NCBI GenBank assembly: GCA_050951325.1 | Contig: JBMNIW010000001.1 | Span: 160,001 to 224,000, forward strand | From: Clostridia bacterium | Lineage (GTDB): Bacteria; Bacillota; Clostridia; UBA1212; DUPL01 | Length of the DNA stretch: 64,000 nt | Reading direction: 5' to 3' | Shown: positions 49,451 through 60,076 of the stretch, in pieces | How positions within the stretch are numbered: the stretch's first letter is position 1 | Layout of the letters: every line of letters starts with the position of its first letter | Notes under the pieces: model-generated | Database searches by the model: none | The model's input: the letters and a program-made list of their open reading frames with translations, nothing else | What the model was told of the DNA's origin: nothing | Made by a program: the position numbers and the translations under genes

Positions 49451-50466
49451 AACTTCACCAACTCGTAACTCAGAGAACCTAGACCTATCTTTTGTGCATG
49501 CTCAAGTACACACCTCCCCTTTTCAAACAACTCTATCCTCTTTTCCTTCTGAACCAAGTCAAGACATGCTGCATCCAATGCAACCGGATCCTTAGACAAA
49601 AGAACACCAATATCGCCCGCAATAGGCTCCATGGCTTTTCCTGCACAATCGCAGTCCTGGGTTACGTTAATTATAAACGAGATATAGATTATGTCCTTGT
49701 CCTTTGCAGCACCGTAAGCGTATTCTGCAAGCTTCTCTCTGAAATTGGATCCTCCCCAGGTATTCCTTATTGCTCCTTCTGGACAAACAGCAATACATCC
49801 TGCACACCCAATACAAATATCTTTGTCTATTACCGCAATTTCTTCACATTCGATTGCTCCAAAATCGCAGCTGTCAACACAGGTGCCGCAGGCTGTGCAT
49901 TTCGAGTCATTGACAACAGGAGATATGCCTGAGTGCTGTGCAAGCTTTCCACCCCTTGCCGCAAACCCCATGCCGAGCTGTTTGATGGCGCCTCCAAAAC
50001 CAGCCTCCACATGCCCTTTGAAATGACTCATAACTATAAACTGGTTGAATCTTCCGTACTCTTTTCCAATCTTGCACTTGTCAATATACTCTTTGTATAT
50101 CTCCACTTCCACATATTCCGTTCCGATTTCACCATCCGCAATAATTATCGGAATCTGTGTAAAACCATGCTCTTTAGCCGTCTTAATATGTTTTGTTCTT
50201 GTAGTTCTTGCACCTCTGTACAATACATTTGATTCAATATAGCTAGTTGTTACTCCCATATCCTTCAGATAACGTATAATTTCGTCATAACATACAGGCG
50301 GTACGAAAGTTTTGTTCCCCTTCTCTCCAAAATGCACCTTTATGGGTACTTCTTTATCGAACGTATGGTTTGTTTCCGATACAAGATGCTTCAATAGCCT
50401 TAATGCATCCCTTCCAAGACTTAGAAAATCACCGCTTCTGTTTTCAATAAAATATACCTTGCTCAA
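49447..50466 (-). CDS. DUF362 domain protein with two 4Fe-4S motifs
   Basis: IKVHFGE, SHFKGH, CTACGTC and CIGCAGC...CP motifs. Confidence 0.9.
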   Translation of the reverse strand: MSKVYFIENRSGDFLSLGRDALRLLKHLVSETNHTFDKEVPIKVHFGEKGNKTFVPPVCYDEIIRYLKDMGVTTSYIESNVLYRGARTTRTKHIKTAKEHGFTQIPIIIADGEIGTEYVEVEIYKEYIDKCKIGKEYGRFNQFIVMSHFKGHVEAGFGGAIKQLGMGFAARGGKLAQHSGISPVVNDSKCTACGTCVDSCDFGAIECEEIAVIDKDICIGCAGCIAVCPEGAIRNTWGGSNFREKLAEYAYGAAKDKDIIYISFIINVTQDCDCAGKAMEPIAGDIGVLLSKDPVALDAACLDLVQKEKRIELFEKGRCVLEHAQKIGLGSLSYELVKL

Positions 50467-50600
50467 GTAAACTCCCCCCTTTTATTTCCATGCATAAACA
50501 AACTAGAAATGCAAATACTCTTATCAGAATACCTCAGGCATATCTGGTAATTGACATATATGGATGTTGGATGCCAAATACAGCTATGGGGTATTCTGCT

Positions 50601-51845
50601 TTATTCAAAACGAAAAGAAAAGACTTTCATTTCTCTTCCTTCAAACATAAGCCACAAGGCTTTGACTCCTTCTGCCGATGCAACAGCATCAGTTTCAAAC
50701 CATTCAAACTCTGGAGAATCAACATCCACCGCTGCAAGCAACAGGTTATCATTCGTCTTTACGAGAATCCTTCCCTTTCCTTTTGTTTTTATGCAAAAAC
50801 GTCTTACACCATCCTTGAAATCCAGATACTTGTACTCCGCCCAGTCCTGTATCCAATTTCCGCCACCGCAGTTCACAAGTATTTCCTTTGAATCAAAGTA
50901 TGGTGCAATATATATGTTGCCTTTTACCCTGCATGCAATGGATGCATCAATCTCTTTGAATGCATCAATGGGACCGCCGGCACCCATCGATGTCATTTCA
51001 ACCTCATTGATGGTTCCATCTTCATTGAAATATATTTTCTCAACACACATTCTTCTTGAAGTAAAGCTATTTTGCGAGGACCGATGATAGAAAATATACC
51101 ACTGTCCCTTGAATTCTTCAATAGAACCGTGGTTGTTCCAGGTTTGTGGGTCACAGTACATATTGTCAATAATCACGCCGCCCTTTTTGTACGGACCCAA
51201 AGGCTTGTCAGACATTGCATAAGAAAGACACGTAGCCTTCCCTCTTGATATATCCGTATAGACGATATAATATATTCCGTTTCTTTTGCGCATGCATGCC
51301 CCTTCATGGAATCCATGTTCCTGCTCTGTTAGAATCGCTGTCTGAAGACTGTCCATATCCAAAGTAGACATGTCATCATTCAACTTTGCTCCCCTTAAGT
51401 TGAACTGGCCCCATAAATAGTATGCCTGTCCGTCATCATCAACAAAAACTGCTGGGTCAATACTGTCTCCATCAGCACCTTTTACTGGTTTTGCGTCCCC
51501 AAAAGGCCCGTAGGGCTTGTCGGATACTGCAACAGCTTCAAAGTTGTCCTGCCCGCAAACATATAGATAATATTTTCCGTCCTTATGAATTGCATCGGGA
51601 GCGTACAAAGGAGTACCTTTGCTCCAATATATGCCAGGCTCTTCTTTGGTATTCTTGAATGATATACCGTGGTATGTCCAGTTTGTCAAAGTTTCGTCCT
51701 CCGTTGAGAAGACATGATACTCATGACCGCAGTATTCCTTTTTGCCGGATATGTCGGTGGAACCGTAGAGATACAACCTTCCATCCGGCATGACATGGGC
51801 TTCACCATCTGCAATAAAGAACGGTCTTGGCAATATGGGATTCAT
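50601..51845 (-). CDS. GH43 glycoside hydrolase with C-terminal CBM6-like domain
   Basis: ADGEAH, YAPD, IDPAVF, FHEG and NNHGSI motifs. Confidence 0.9.
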   Translation of the reverse strand: MNPILPRPFFIADGEAHVMPDGRLYLYGSTDISGKKEYCGHEYHVFSTEDETLTNWTYHGISFKNTKEEPGIYWSKGTPLYAPDAIHKDGKYYLYVCGQDNFEAVAVSDKPYGPFGDAKPVKGADGDSIDPAVFVDDDGQAYYLWGQFNLRGAKLNDDMSTLDMDSLQTAILTEQEHGFHEGACMRKRNGIYYIVYTDISRGKATCLSYAMSDKPLGPYKKGGVIIDNMYCDPQTWNNHGSIEEFKGQWYIFYHRSSQNSFTSRRMCVEKIYFNEDGTINEVEMTSMGAGGPIDAFKEIDASIACRVKGNIYIAPYFDSKEILVNCGGGNWIQDWAEYKYLDFKDGVRRFCIKTKGKGRILVKTNDNLLLAAVDVDSPEFEWFETDAVASAEGVKALWLMFEGREMKVFSFRFE

Positions 51846-51878
51846 TTTAATTCCTCCAGTTTTTCATATTCGCCCCTA

Positions 51879-53045
51879 TTATACCAAATTGTTTACCACT
51901 TTGTTGAGCTTTTCCGTCATCAAAAGCATCAAAACTGCAAAAACAGCAAGATAAAAAGGATAAAATCCAATATTGACATAATCTGCGATAAGACCAAACA
52001 AAGGAGGCATGAATGTACTGCCCACGTATGCGCTAGCCATCTGTATTCCTATGATTGCCTGAGAATTTTCCTTTCCGAAGTTGGAAGGCGTTGAGTGTAT
52101 TATGGCAGGGTAAATAGGAGCACATCCAAGACCTGCAACAACAAGACCTACTAAAGAAAGCACACTGGAGAAAGGAAGAGCAATCATCAAAACCCCAAAC
52201 ATGCAAACAATTATCCCACTTCTAATCATAAGCCTGTCTCCAACCCTGTTGGATACAAACCCGCTTATAAACCTACCTATTGTAATTCCAAGAAAGAACA
52301 TGGACGCAAAGGTTGCAGCAGTCTCTGCATTCACATTTCTGCACTCAACAAGATAACTGCTGGCCCATAGTCCTGCTGTTGATTCAAGAGCGATGTAACT
52401 GAAGAAGCCTACCAGTATAAGTTTTACACCCTTTATCCCCACAGCTTCCTTAATGGTGATATGGCGGCCATTTGCTGCTTTGTCCTTCATTGCCTGACCG
52501 TTCTTTCTCCAAAGAGGAAAACTTGTAAACAGAAACGAGGCTATGACTATCTGTATGACAGATACAGTCAGATATCCTTTCGAGTATCCGAAACCTCTTG
52601 TAAGGCAGAAACCCATTATATATGGACTAATGGTTGCTCCCACACCCCAGAAACAATGCAGATGGTTCATATGTCTTGAGTTGTAGTAAAGAGCCACATA
52701 GTTGTTCAAGGCAGCGTCCACGGCACCCGCCCCAAGACCATATGGTATTGCAAAGATGCAGAGAAGTATGAATGATTTCGTTATGGAAAACCCAAAAAGT
52801 GCAACTGCCGTCATCAGGACACTGACAGAGGTTACAAAATAGGTTCCAAACCTTCTTGTGACTCTGTCAGACATAAGGCTTGACACAATAGTGCCGCCTG
52901 CAATAATCATTGTCACAATGCCTGCATATGACATGGGTACGTCAAGTTCATGATACATAACAGGCCATGCTGACCCAAGCAGTGAATCAGGCAGGCCAAG
53001 GCTAATAAAAGCAATGTATATTATAACCAACAATAGTGAAAACAT
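51879..53045 (-). CDS. MFS transporter
   Basis: FISLGLPDSLLG; about 12 TM segments. Confidence 0.92.
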   Translation of the reverse strand: MFSLLLVIIYIAFISLGLPDSLLGSAWPVMYHELDVPMSYAGIVTMIIAGGTIVSSLMSDRVTRRFGTYFVTSVSVLMTAVALFGFSITKSFILLCIFAIPYGLGAGAVDAALNNYVALYYNSRHMNHLHCFWGVGATISPYIMGFCLTRGFGYSKGYLTVSVIQIVIASFLFTSFPLWRKNGQAMKDKAANGRHITIKEAVGIKGVKLILVGFFSYIALESTAGLWASSYLVECRNVNAETAATFASMFFLGITIGRFISGFVSNRVGDRLMIRSGIIVCMFGVLMIALPFSSVLSLVGLVVAGLGCAPIYPAIIHSTPSNFGKENSQAIIGIQMASAYVGSTFMPPLFGLIADYVNIGFYPFYLAVFAVLMLLMTEKLNKVVNNLV

Positions 53046-53094
53046 AAGAACTCCTGATTAAAAATAATAACCTGTATATTCTACCATAAAAACA

Positions 53095-53787
53095 TTATAT
53101 TCGCGGAATAGGAATTGAGTTTATTCTTTTTCCGTATTTGTCAAAAAGAGATATTACAACTTTATCGGATACACTTCCTCTTAAAGTTTCAAAATTAAAG
53201 TATGAGCATTTCTCAAGAGTATCTATACCAAAATCAAGCACCACACCTTCCCAGTTTCCCAACTCGTTCAAACGCCACAGATAAATGGGCTCCTTGACGG
53301 ATGGACGAAATGTTCTCATCATCTCTTCATAATCCGCATATGCACCCCTTGTTAAGACATAGCATTCATCCTTATGGAAAATGGCACTATAAGGTTTTTC
53401 ATAATACATCCATTTAGGCGTCCACAAAACCAAAGGCTGGCTAGTGATGTTATCAAAATATATTTCAAGTCTGGCGTAATCATTATAATAATCATATTCA
53501 CCCTTCATAATTAAGGACGAATACTCATCCATGGCAAGAAGGTACCTCTCCGTAATGACATTTTTAAATGAAGGTTCTGGCGTTGTTTGGTTTGTTGACT
53601 GCGTAGGACTATTTGAGAGAATCTCGTTGTCATCTTCATTCTTAAATAACAAAAAGACACACAAAAACACAAGTAATACAAAAATTGATATTACCCATGT
53701 ATATCTGGATTCCTTTATACCAGTCTTTATTTCATTTTCCTCAGTCTCTTCGCCGATTACAACATTCTCATCAAACTCGTTGTCCAT
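53095..53787 (-). CDS. Single-TM hypothetical protein
   Basis: Acidic N-terminus, TM helix, S/T/P linker, globular domain. Confidence 0.7.
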   Translation of the reverse strand: MDNEFDENVVIGEETEENEIKTGIKESRYTWVISIFVLLVFLCVFLLFKNEDDNEILSNSPTQSTNQTTPEPSFKNVITERYLLAMDEYSSLIMKGEYDYYNDYARLEIYFDNITSQPLVLWTPKWMYYEKPYSAIFHKDECYVLTRGAYADYEEMMRTFRPSVKEPIYLWRLNELGNWEGVVLDFGIDTLEKCSYFNFETLRGSVSDKVVISLFDKYGKRINSIPIPRI

Positions 53788-54103
53788 GCAAATCCTTCTC
53801 TTTCTTTATTTCCTGCGATGCAACACCATCCGGTTTCTTTACTACATCATCCATATCAAGACATACACCCTGCATCAAAAAGGAAGTCGGAGTGGGAACG
53901 GGCATTTCCGTTTCACTGATAATCGTTGGCGTTGGAGAGCTAATTAAAACATTGTCCTTGTTATCCTTTTAAAAAAGTATTAAAACAAGAATAATAAATA
54001 GACAAACAAAAACAGATACAACCCAGGACCTTTTAGTTCCCTTAATACCTGTTTTAATCTCACTATCTTCATTTTCTCCACCAATTACAATATCCTCACT
54101 CAT
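53771..54103 (-). pseudogene. Paralogous N-terminal fragment of the 53095..53787 gene with an in-frame stop
   Basis: MSEDIVIGGENEDSEIKTGIKGTKRSWVVSVFV...LF*KDNKDNVLISSPTPT versus NVVIGEETEENEIKTGIKESRYTWVISIFV. Confidence 0.7.
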
Positions 54104-54187
54104 TTTCAACGTTCCCTTATGGTAACCAAAACCTTATCACCTTCATTTTGCCAAACCCTGCATACATATTTTATCACAGTTTTCTTA

Positions 54188-54733
54188 TCAATGCAGTATT
54201 CTTTTCACACGAAAACTGCCAACCATCAAAAAAGACAACAAAATTGTCTGCAATACAAATACAAGGACAAACATATTTGAAAATTCCTGTGAAACAAAAC
54301 TATGTATGAAAAGCGTGCTTGCAGTTATGAAACCTGCAGCTGTAATCGGGAGCCCTTTGAAGAACCTGTAATCATCCTGAAGGTTGTATCTTGCAAGACG
54401 AAAAGCACCTGCCAGAGGATACATGACAAGTACAAAAAGGACATACCAGGAAGGTTCCTCTATACGCGACATGAATATTGAAATTGGCGCAACACCAAAA
54501 GTTACAAAGTCAGCAAAACTATCAAGCTGCCTTCCCAATTCCGATGTGGCATTCAAATGTCTGGCAAGAAAACCATCCAAGGAATCAAAAATTACTGCCA
54601 AATAAATCAAAAGACAGGCAAGTCTTGTGCCTGTAACAGAATTACTGCGCATCATAGTAAGTATGACAAGTACACCCACTGCCATATTCGAAAATGTAAG
54701 CATGTTAGGAACATGTTTGGTTTTTTGGAACAT
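54188..54733 (-). CDS. pssA: CDP-alcohol phosphatidyltransferase, phosphatidylserine synthase type
   Basis: PNMLT, DSLDGFLAR...GRQLDSFAD, RLARYN and FKGLP motifs. Confidence 0.88.
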   Translation of the reverse strand: MFQKTKHVPNMLTFSNMAVGVLVILTMMRSNSVTGTRLACLLIYLAVIFDSLDGFLARHLNATSELGRQLDSFADFVTFGVAPISIFMSRIEEPSWYVLFVLVMYPLAGAFRLARYNLQDDYRFFKGLPITAAGFITASTLFIHSFVSQEFSNMFVLVFVLQTILLSFLMVGSFRVKRILH

Positions 54734-55700
54734 TCTTTTTTCTTTCTCCAATTTTCCATCCTCCAATATACAGAAGACTCAGCAATATAACGAACCAGAA
54801 GGTGATAAACCTGAAAATAAGCGTAATTGCCAAAGCTTCGTTTTTCTCAATTTGCATTAATACAAGCAGGCTTGTCATTGCAGTTTCAAACCCACCCAAT
54901 CCTCCCGGCATCAGCGGTATCATTCCTACCATGTAGGAAATGAAAGTAATCTCGGTTAGGAATACCCAATTATATTCCGCTGTAAATAAATTTACAAGCA
55001 ATATCATTTTCAAAGGGTAAATAATCCATATTGCAAAGGAAAGAAGAAACTGTTTATACATCTCCCCCTTTATGCTTTTTAAAACCTTGATATTCCTCAA
55101 AAGAACCATCATATATTTATGCAGTGCAATGCTTGCTTTTCTCTTTGGTTTTCTTTTCTTAACCTTGTTTTCCAGTATATTGGTTCCAACAAACATAATT
55201 ACAAGAAGTCCAAGGAATGTTAACAAGAAGAGAAACACGACAACTCTGACAAAACCTTGAAATATTGCCACTTTGCCTGACAAATGGGCAAATGCAAAAA
55301 GGTTTATCACAAAGAAACTGAAAAAGCTGACCATTTTCTGAATTGTAACCAGTGTTGCGGCTTCCTGATAAGAATAGTTCATCTCGCTCTTCAAAAGATA
55401 AGCCCTTGTAACTTCTCCTCCAAGCTTTACTCCAGGAGTAATACTCTCCATTATCATGCCTCTTGCATTAATATAAAGCATCTTAAAGAAGTCGTTTTCC
55501 TTATTCATCACCTTTCCAATCCTGCACCACTGGTAATTAACAAGAAGCTGACTAACAACCTGAATTAAAAGAAGACCAATAATTCCTAAAACAGGTACTT
55601 TCCTAATACTATCTACAAAACTTTTTAAATCAAATGTCAGAATCAATATGACAAATAAAAAAAGGAGTACGACATACCCTGTTCTTCTTACTACCCTCAT
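54705..55700 (-). CDS. Lysylphosphatidylglycerol-synthase TM domain (flippase-like) protein
   Basis: ATG 55700 after AAGGAG; TPGVKLGGE, PGGLGGFE and FRFITFW motifs. Confidence 0.88.
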   Translation of the reverse strand: MRVVRRTGYVVLLFLFVILILTFDLKSFVDSIRKVPVLGIIGLLLIQVVSQLLVNYQWCRIGKVMNKENDFFKMLYINARGMIMESITPGVKLGGEVTRAYLLKSEMNYSYQEAATLVTIQKMVSFFSFFVINLFAFAHLSGKVAIFQGFVRVVVFLFLLTFLGLLVIMFVGTNILENKVKKRKPKRKASIALHKYMMVLLRNIKVLKSIKGEMYKQFLLSFAIWIIYPLKMILLVNLFTAEYNWVFLTEITFISYMVGMIPLMPGGLGGFETAMTSLLVLMQIEKNEALAITLIFRFITFWFVILLSLLYIGGWKIGERKKNVPKNQTCS

Positions 55701-55713
55701 CCAAATACTCTCC

Positions 55714-56274
55714 TTAATAGATGATGAAAAGCGCCGTACTGTCAATATTTCTAAAAAGATGATTTGCCCTGCTGTTAAAGGCATTGAACACCGTCAGGTC
55801 ATGCACATTGTAAGTATGGGACAAATGTTTTTTAGGTATGCGTACCAGTATCTTTGAGCCAAGTTTGCATTTTTGTTTCATGCAGCTGAACACCTTGTCA
55901 AGAGGACTTACCTGCACCGCCATGTGAATAACAGTGTAGTCTTCAGGACAGATGTCGCTACCATCGCCATGATAAATCTTAATGGAATCCTCATATCCCA
56001 GTTTCCTGACAAGCTGTTTCGAAACTTCTACACAGCACTCGTCATTATCTATGATTGTTACATGAGCTTTTGTATGCTCATGCAACAATATTCCGCTAAA
56101 AGGACAAGGTCCTCCTCCAACACACAAAATCCTGTCATTCTCATTTATATCAGCAAGCCTTATCTCCTTGTTCACAATCCTTTTGTAATACAAGGCAAGG
56201 ACATTGTATACAACTTTGTTTCTTGCAGCCAGGCATTCAAGTTTCTTTGTGGTTCTTTGTATCAAGCCTGCCAT
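55714..56274 (-). CDS. Nicotianamine-synthase-like SAM-dependent transferase (catalytic domain only)
   Basis: YKRIVNKE...RILCVGGGPCPFSGIL...IDND...GDG...ILVR pattern resembles the NAS/CntL Rossmann domain. Confidence 0.65.
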   Translation of the reverse strand: MAGLIQRTTKKLECLAARNKVVYNVLALYYKRIVNKEIRLADINENDRILCVGGGPCPFSGILLHEHTKAHVTIIDNDECCVEVSKQLVRKLGYEDSIKIYHGDGSDICPEDYTVIHMAVQVSPLDKVFSCMKQKCKLGSKILVRIPKKHLSHTYNVHDLTVFNAFNSRANHLFRNIDSTALFIIY

Positions 56275-56287
56275 AACAATCCCTCAT

Positions 56288-58069
56288 TTATATAATCAGT
56301 TGTGCTACTTGATTGATAAGTCCGGCGACTGTAAATGCACTTACAACTGTAGACAGCCCTATGGTTATAGCCACCTTTGGACCAAACTCTTTTGTCAGGA
56401 TTCCAAACACCGACAAGCAGGGCAGGTACAATAGCGCAACCGTTCCGCCTACAAAGGCTTGAAGTGCTGTCAAACCTTCAATAGCCAGCAGTGGTGCAAC
56501 AGCCATTTCCCTGCGGACTATACCAAGGATCAGTGCAATAACAGCATCCTTTGGAAGACCAAGCCATCCACTTACAATTGGCTCTAGATATACCGCTATA
56601 AAATCAAGAAGTCCTGTTTCCTTAAGCAGCGCTGCAATAACTATGGATATGAGCATGGGGACTTCCGCATCTACAAGGAAGCCTTTCATTCTTATCATGA
56701 GTTTCTTTCCAAAAGCCTTGCCGTTTGGCATAAGCAGGTTCGGTATCTCAATTACCATCGGATCTACTTTTCCTTTAAGCGTGCGGCTTAAAATAAAGGA
56801 TACTACAAACATAATAAAAAACGACAAAAGGAGCATGAGTATAAGCAGTATGGGCGAAAAGTTCGCAAACAGACTGATTAGCGCTCCGGTTTGGGAGATG
56901 CATGGTACTGCAAAACACACAACAGTGGAAATTATAAGGCGTTCCTTCTTCGTTGTGGCGGTTCTTGAACCGATAATTGCAGGCACCGCACACCCATATC
57001 CAAGAAGGATTGTAATCATGCTGCCACCCTGTATGCCCATCTTCCTCATAATATTGTCAAAGAGAACACTGAGTCTTGGCAATACACCCGAATCCTCAAG
57101 AAAAGAAAACACCACATAAAACAAAAAGACATAAGGAAGAATCAGGGCAATAATCCACTCAAAGGCAATCTTGAATATTCCAAAGTCTCCAACCAGCACA
57201 TTTAGAAGTATTCCTTCAGGCACAAAAGCCGAGAAGAGTTTGTGAAACAAGGGAACAAGCACATTGTTTACCAAAGGAAGCAAAGCTACTGCCCTAAGAG
57301 CTTTTCCTCCACCAACAATGGCTCCCAAAGACGCAACAATTACAATCAGCGCAATGGGTATACCCGGCCAGGGCTTTATCATGTTGTCTCCCAGTCTGTC
57401 AAGAAAGCTTGGTTTGCCGTTTGTTTTCGTCCTAACTTTCGAAGTTATTTCCTTTGCCCTGTCCCATTCATTCAGACTTTCACCTATGCAATTTGGACAA
57501 ACTTCACAACCTCCGCAATCAAAAGCCTTTTCGGGATCCTTTATAACCTTCTTCAACTCATCTATAAGTTTGTCAATACCTTCACCCTTAACAGCAACCG
57601 TAGGGACTACGGGAGCCCCAAGCTCCTGGGACAAAAGATTCACATTAACTTCAGTACCATGGCGTTTTGCCACATCCAAAAGGTTTAGCGCATATACTAT
57701 GGGTACATTGTATTTTTTAAGCTCAAGACCCAGTTTAATATTCCTCTCAAGGTTCGTAGCATCAAGAACACAAATGACAGCAACAGGATTGCTGCACATA
57801 AAACCTACAGCTACAGCTTCCGCTTCGCTTGTTGCTTCCAATGAATATGTTCCTGGTACGTCTATCAGGGTATAAGTTTCATCATCAAGTTTGATTGTTC
57901 CTTCAGTATATGTAACCGTTGTGCCGGCATAGTTTGAACTTACTACATTGATTCCAGTGAGATGTGAAAAGAATACGCTCTTTCCTACATTAGGGTTGCC
58001 CATTAAAAGAATTTTATTGGGCTTGTTATACACATTTACATCCTCATTAATATCATGACAACTTGCCAA
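56288..58069 (-). CDS. feoB: Ferrous iron transporter B
   Basis: GNPNVGKS, NYAGTTV, DVPGTYSL, LEDSG and GYGCAVPA motifs. Confidence 0.95.
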   Translation of the reverse strand: MASCHDINEDVNVYNKPNKILLMGNPNVGKSVFFSHLTGINVVSSNYAGTTVTYTEGTIKLDDETYTLIDVPGTYSLEATSEAEAVAVGFMCSNPVAVICVLDATNLERNIKLGLELKKYNVPIVYALNLLDVAKRHGTEVNVNLLSQELGAPVVPTVAVKGEGIDKLIDELKKVIKDPEKAFDCGGCEVCPNCIGESLNEWDRAKEITSKVRTKTNGKPSFLDRLGDNMIKPWPGIPIALIVIVASLGAIVGGGKALRAVALLPLVNNVLVPLFHKLFSAFVPEGILLNVLVGDFGIFKIAFEWIIALILPYVFLFYVVFSFLEDSGVLPRLSVLFDNIMRKMGIQGGSMITILLGYGCAVPAIIGSRTATTKKERLIISTVVCFAVPCISQTGALISLFANFSPILLILMLLLSFFIMFVVSFILSRTLKGKVDPMVIEIPNLLMPNGKAFGKKLMIRMKGFLVDAEVPMLISIVIAALLKETGLLDFIAVYLEPIVSGWLGLPKDAVIALILGIVRREMAVAPLLAIEGLTALQAFVGGTVALLYLPCLSVFGILTKEFGPKVAITIGLSTVVSAFTVAGLINQVAQLII

Positions 58070-58074
58070 GTAAA

Positions 58075-58341
58075 CTACCTCCTTACCATTATTCTCTCTG
58101 CTATGTCCTTGCCAAGGGCAATATCGCTGGAGTCCACCTTGATAAGTACCGGGCCTCCAAGTCTGTGAGTCATAACTTTGTAAACCGATGCATTCTCAAC
58201 TATACCCAAGCTTTTTAGAATAGCAAGCCCGGGTGCCTTCGTAATGGTATATTGGTAATTATCCGGGGCATGGTAAATACTTTGATTCTGCAAATCCGGC
58301 TTCTGTCCATGTCCATGTCTGCGCCTAAACCTGTTTCTCAT
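58075..58341 (-). CDS. feoA: FeoA family protein
   Basis: LKSLGI...GGPVLIKVDSSDIALG; directly upstream of feoB. Confidence 0.88.
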   Translation of the reverse strand: MRNRFRRRHGHGQKPDLQNQSIYHAPDNYQYTITKAPGLAILKSLGIVENASVYKVMTHRLGGPVLIKVDSSDIALGKDIAERIMVRR

Positions 58342-58376
58342 TCGTCATCTTCCCTTCACATTAGCACATTAAAAAA

Positions 58377-58428
58377 GTTAGGTTCTTCTAACATGTATAT
58401 TATTAGCACAGAGCGTATAAGATGTCAA
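58377..58428 (-). promoter_or_regulatory. feo operon promoter with DtxR/MntR-like palindromic operator
   Basis: Minus-strand TTGACA at 58423-58428, an AT-rich -10, then palindrome GTTAG-N6-CTAAC at 58377-58392. Confidence 0.55.
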
Positions 58429-58554
58429 TATGAAAAAGGGCATAATTCACAATATTTTTAGATTTGTCTAACAAATCTTCTCAAAAGAACACAATAGTAT
58501 TTTTCACAAAAATATAATATAATTGACATACATTACAGGAAGGAAGGTGAAACA

Positions 58555-59907
58555 ATGAAAACTAAAGCATTGGCATGCATGGCTCTTGCATTAATGTACC
58601 TGACCCTACTTTTTTCAGGTATTAATGCTGCAGTTTTAGATATTGATGGTGAAGAGGCTACCATTAACATATCGAGTAAAAATCTGAAACCGCTTAAAGA
58701 AGAAACAATCTCAATAACGATCCCAAACTATTCCGACAAACTTACAGTCACCGTTACCGACGCAGTAGGCGTAGAGTACGTAAACGAAGAAGTTCTGTCA
58801 GAGAATGGAGTTTACACATTGAAATTTTTGCCAAGAGGCAAGGCAGGAACACATACTATCACTATTACAAAGACAAATGGAGCATCCGCCAGCTATACTA
58901 TAAAAATGCTGGCTGACACAACTGTCGAGACAGAAAATGATTACTTCAACAAATTGTTTGAACACTATAAAACGACAATAACACAAGGCCAGTCCAGACA
59001 TAATTTGCAGAAAATGAATTTCAAAGTAAACAACATATGGTTAAGAGACCACATTCATATGATGAAAGCTGCCAAGTATTTTGACAATGATGTACAATCT
59101 GGACTTGACTTCTTCATCATGAACCAGACCGAGGAAGGCTTCTACTACGAGATTATTGTAAACAGTCAGGATATACACACCACTTTTGTAAAAGGTGACT
59201 GCCTCAAACCAATAAATGCATCAACCACGTTGATAAGGCTTGAGATTGAAGCGGATATTGAATACTTGATGGCCGAAGCCATTTACCAGGCATGGAAAGC
59301 AACCGATGATCTTGAATGGCTGAAAGAAGTTTTGCCAAGCCTTGAAAAAGCACTTAATTACTATCTTGTAAGCGACAAGCGATTTGACCCAGGCACAGGC
59401 CTTATCAAACGAGGAGTATCCATTGATACATGGGACTGGATTTACGGCCAAAAGGGGCTGGACCGCAACAGAATGATAGAAGAAGACTCACCAATGGCAA
59501 TATTCCACGGAGACAATACCGGATTCTATCAGGCATGCATCATGATTTCGGAAATGTACCGTGCAGCAGGCGATGAATCAAATGCAGAAAAGTGGGAAAA
59601 CACCGCAAAAGACATACGCATAAAGCTCATGGACATTGCATGGAACGGAAACTTCTTTTCCCATATGGTACATATACGGCCGACAGTGGAAGAGGTAACC
59701 GATGCTTTGTGGAAAGTAGACTTTGAAGGAGATAAAGACAGGCTCAGCCTAAGCAATGCTTATGCACTAAACAGAGGAATTTTGACACAGCAGGAAGCAA
59801 GCAAGATAATTGAGACATACCTTGAACTAAGGAACAACCCTCCTCCAACGGAAACAAATCCAGACAAGAAGTATTATGCTGAATGGGTTACTCTCTACCC
59901 TTCCTAC
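58555..59907 (+). pseudogene. Secreted (alpha/alpha)6 six-hairpin glycosidase-like gene truncated by the IS
   Basis: Signal peptide; WLRDH, EADIEY, IDTWD and HGDN motifs; the last codons of ORF 58555..59943 come from the IS right end. Confidence 0.72.
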
Positions 59908-60076
59908 CTGAAACTCTGCGTGGCTAAAGCCAGCAGGTTCTAACGTACTTTCCAACTTCTGCACTAACCCGAAAGTATAGTGCCACTAATTGGTTTCCGT
60001 TAGACTTTTACCACCAATTGTTCCTACGAACAAATTAACGGTAGTTTAGGCTCGTTTCAAAACCCATTATATAAAC
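59908..60076 (-). ncRNA. Probable omegaRNA/reRNA scaffold of TnpB (5' boundary unknown)
   Basis: Structured region between the tnpB stop and the RE (e.g. TAGTGGCACTATACTTTCGGGTTAGTGCA); position as established for TnpB loci. Confidence 0.6.
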
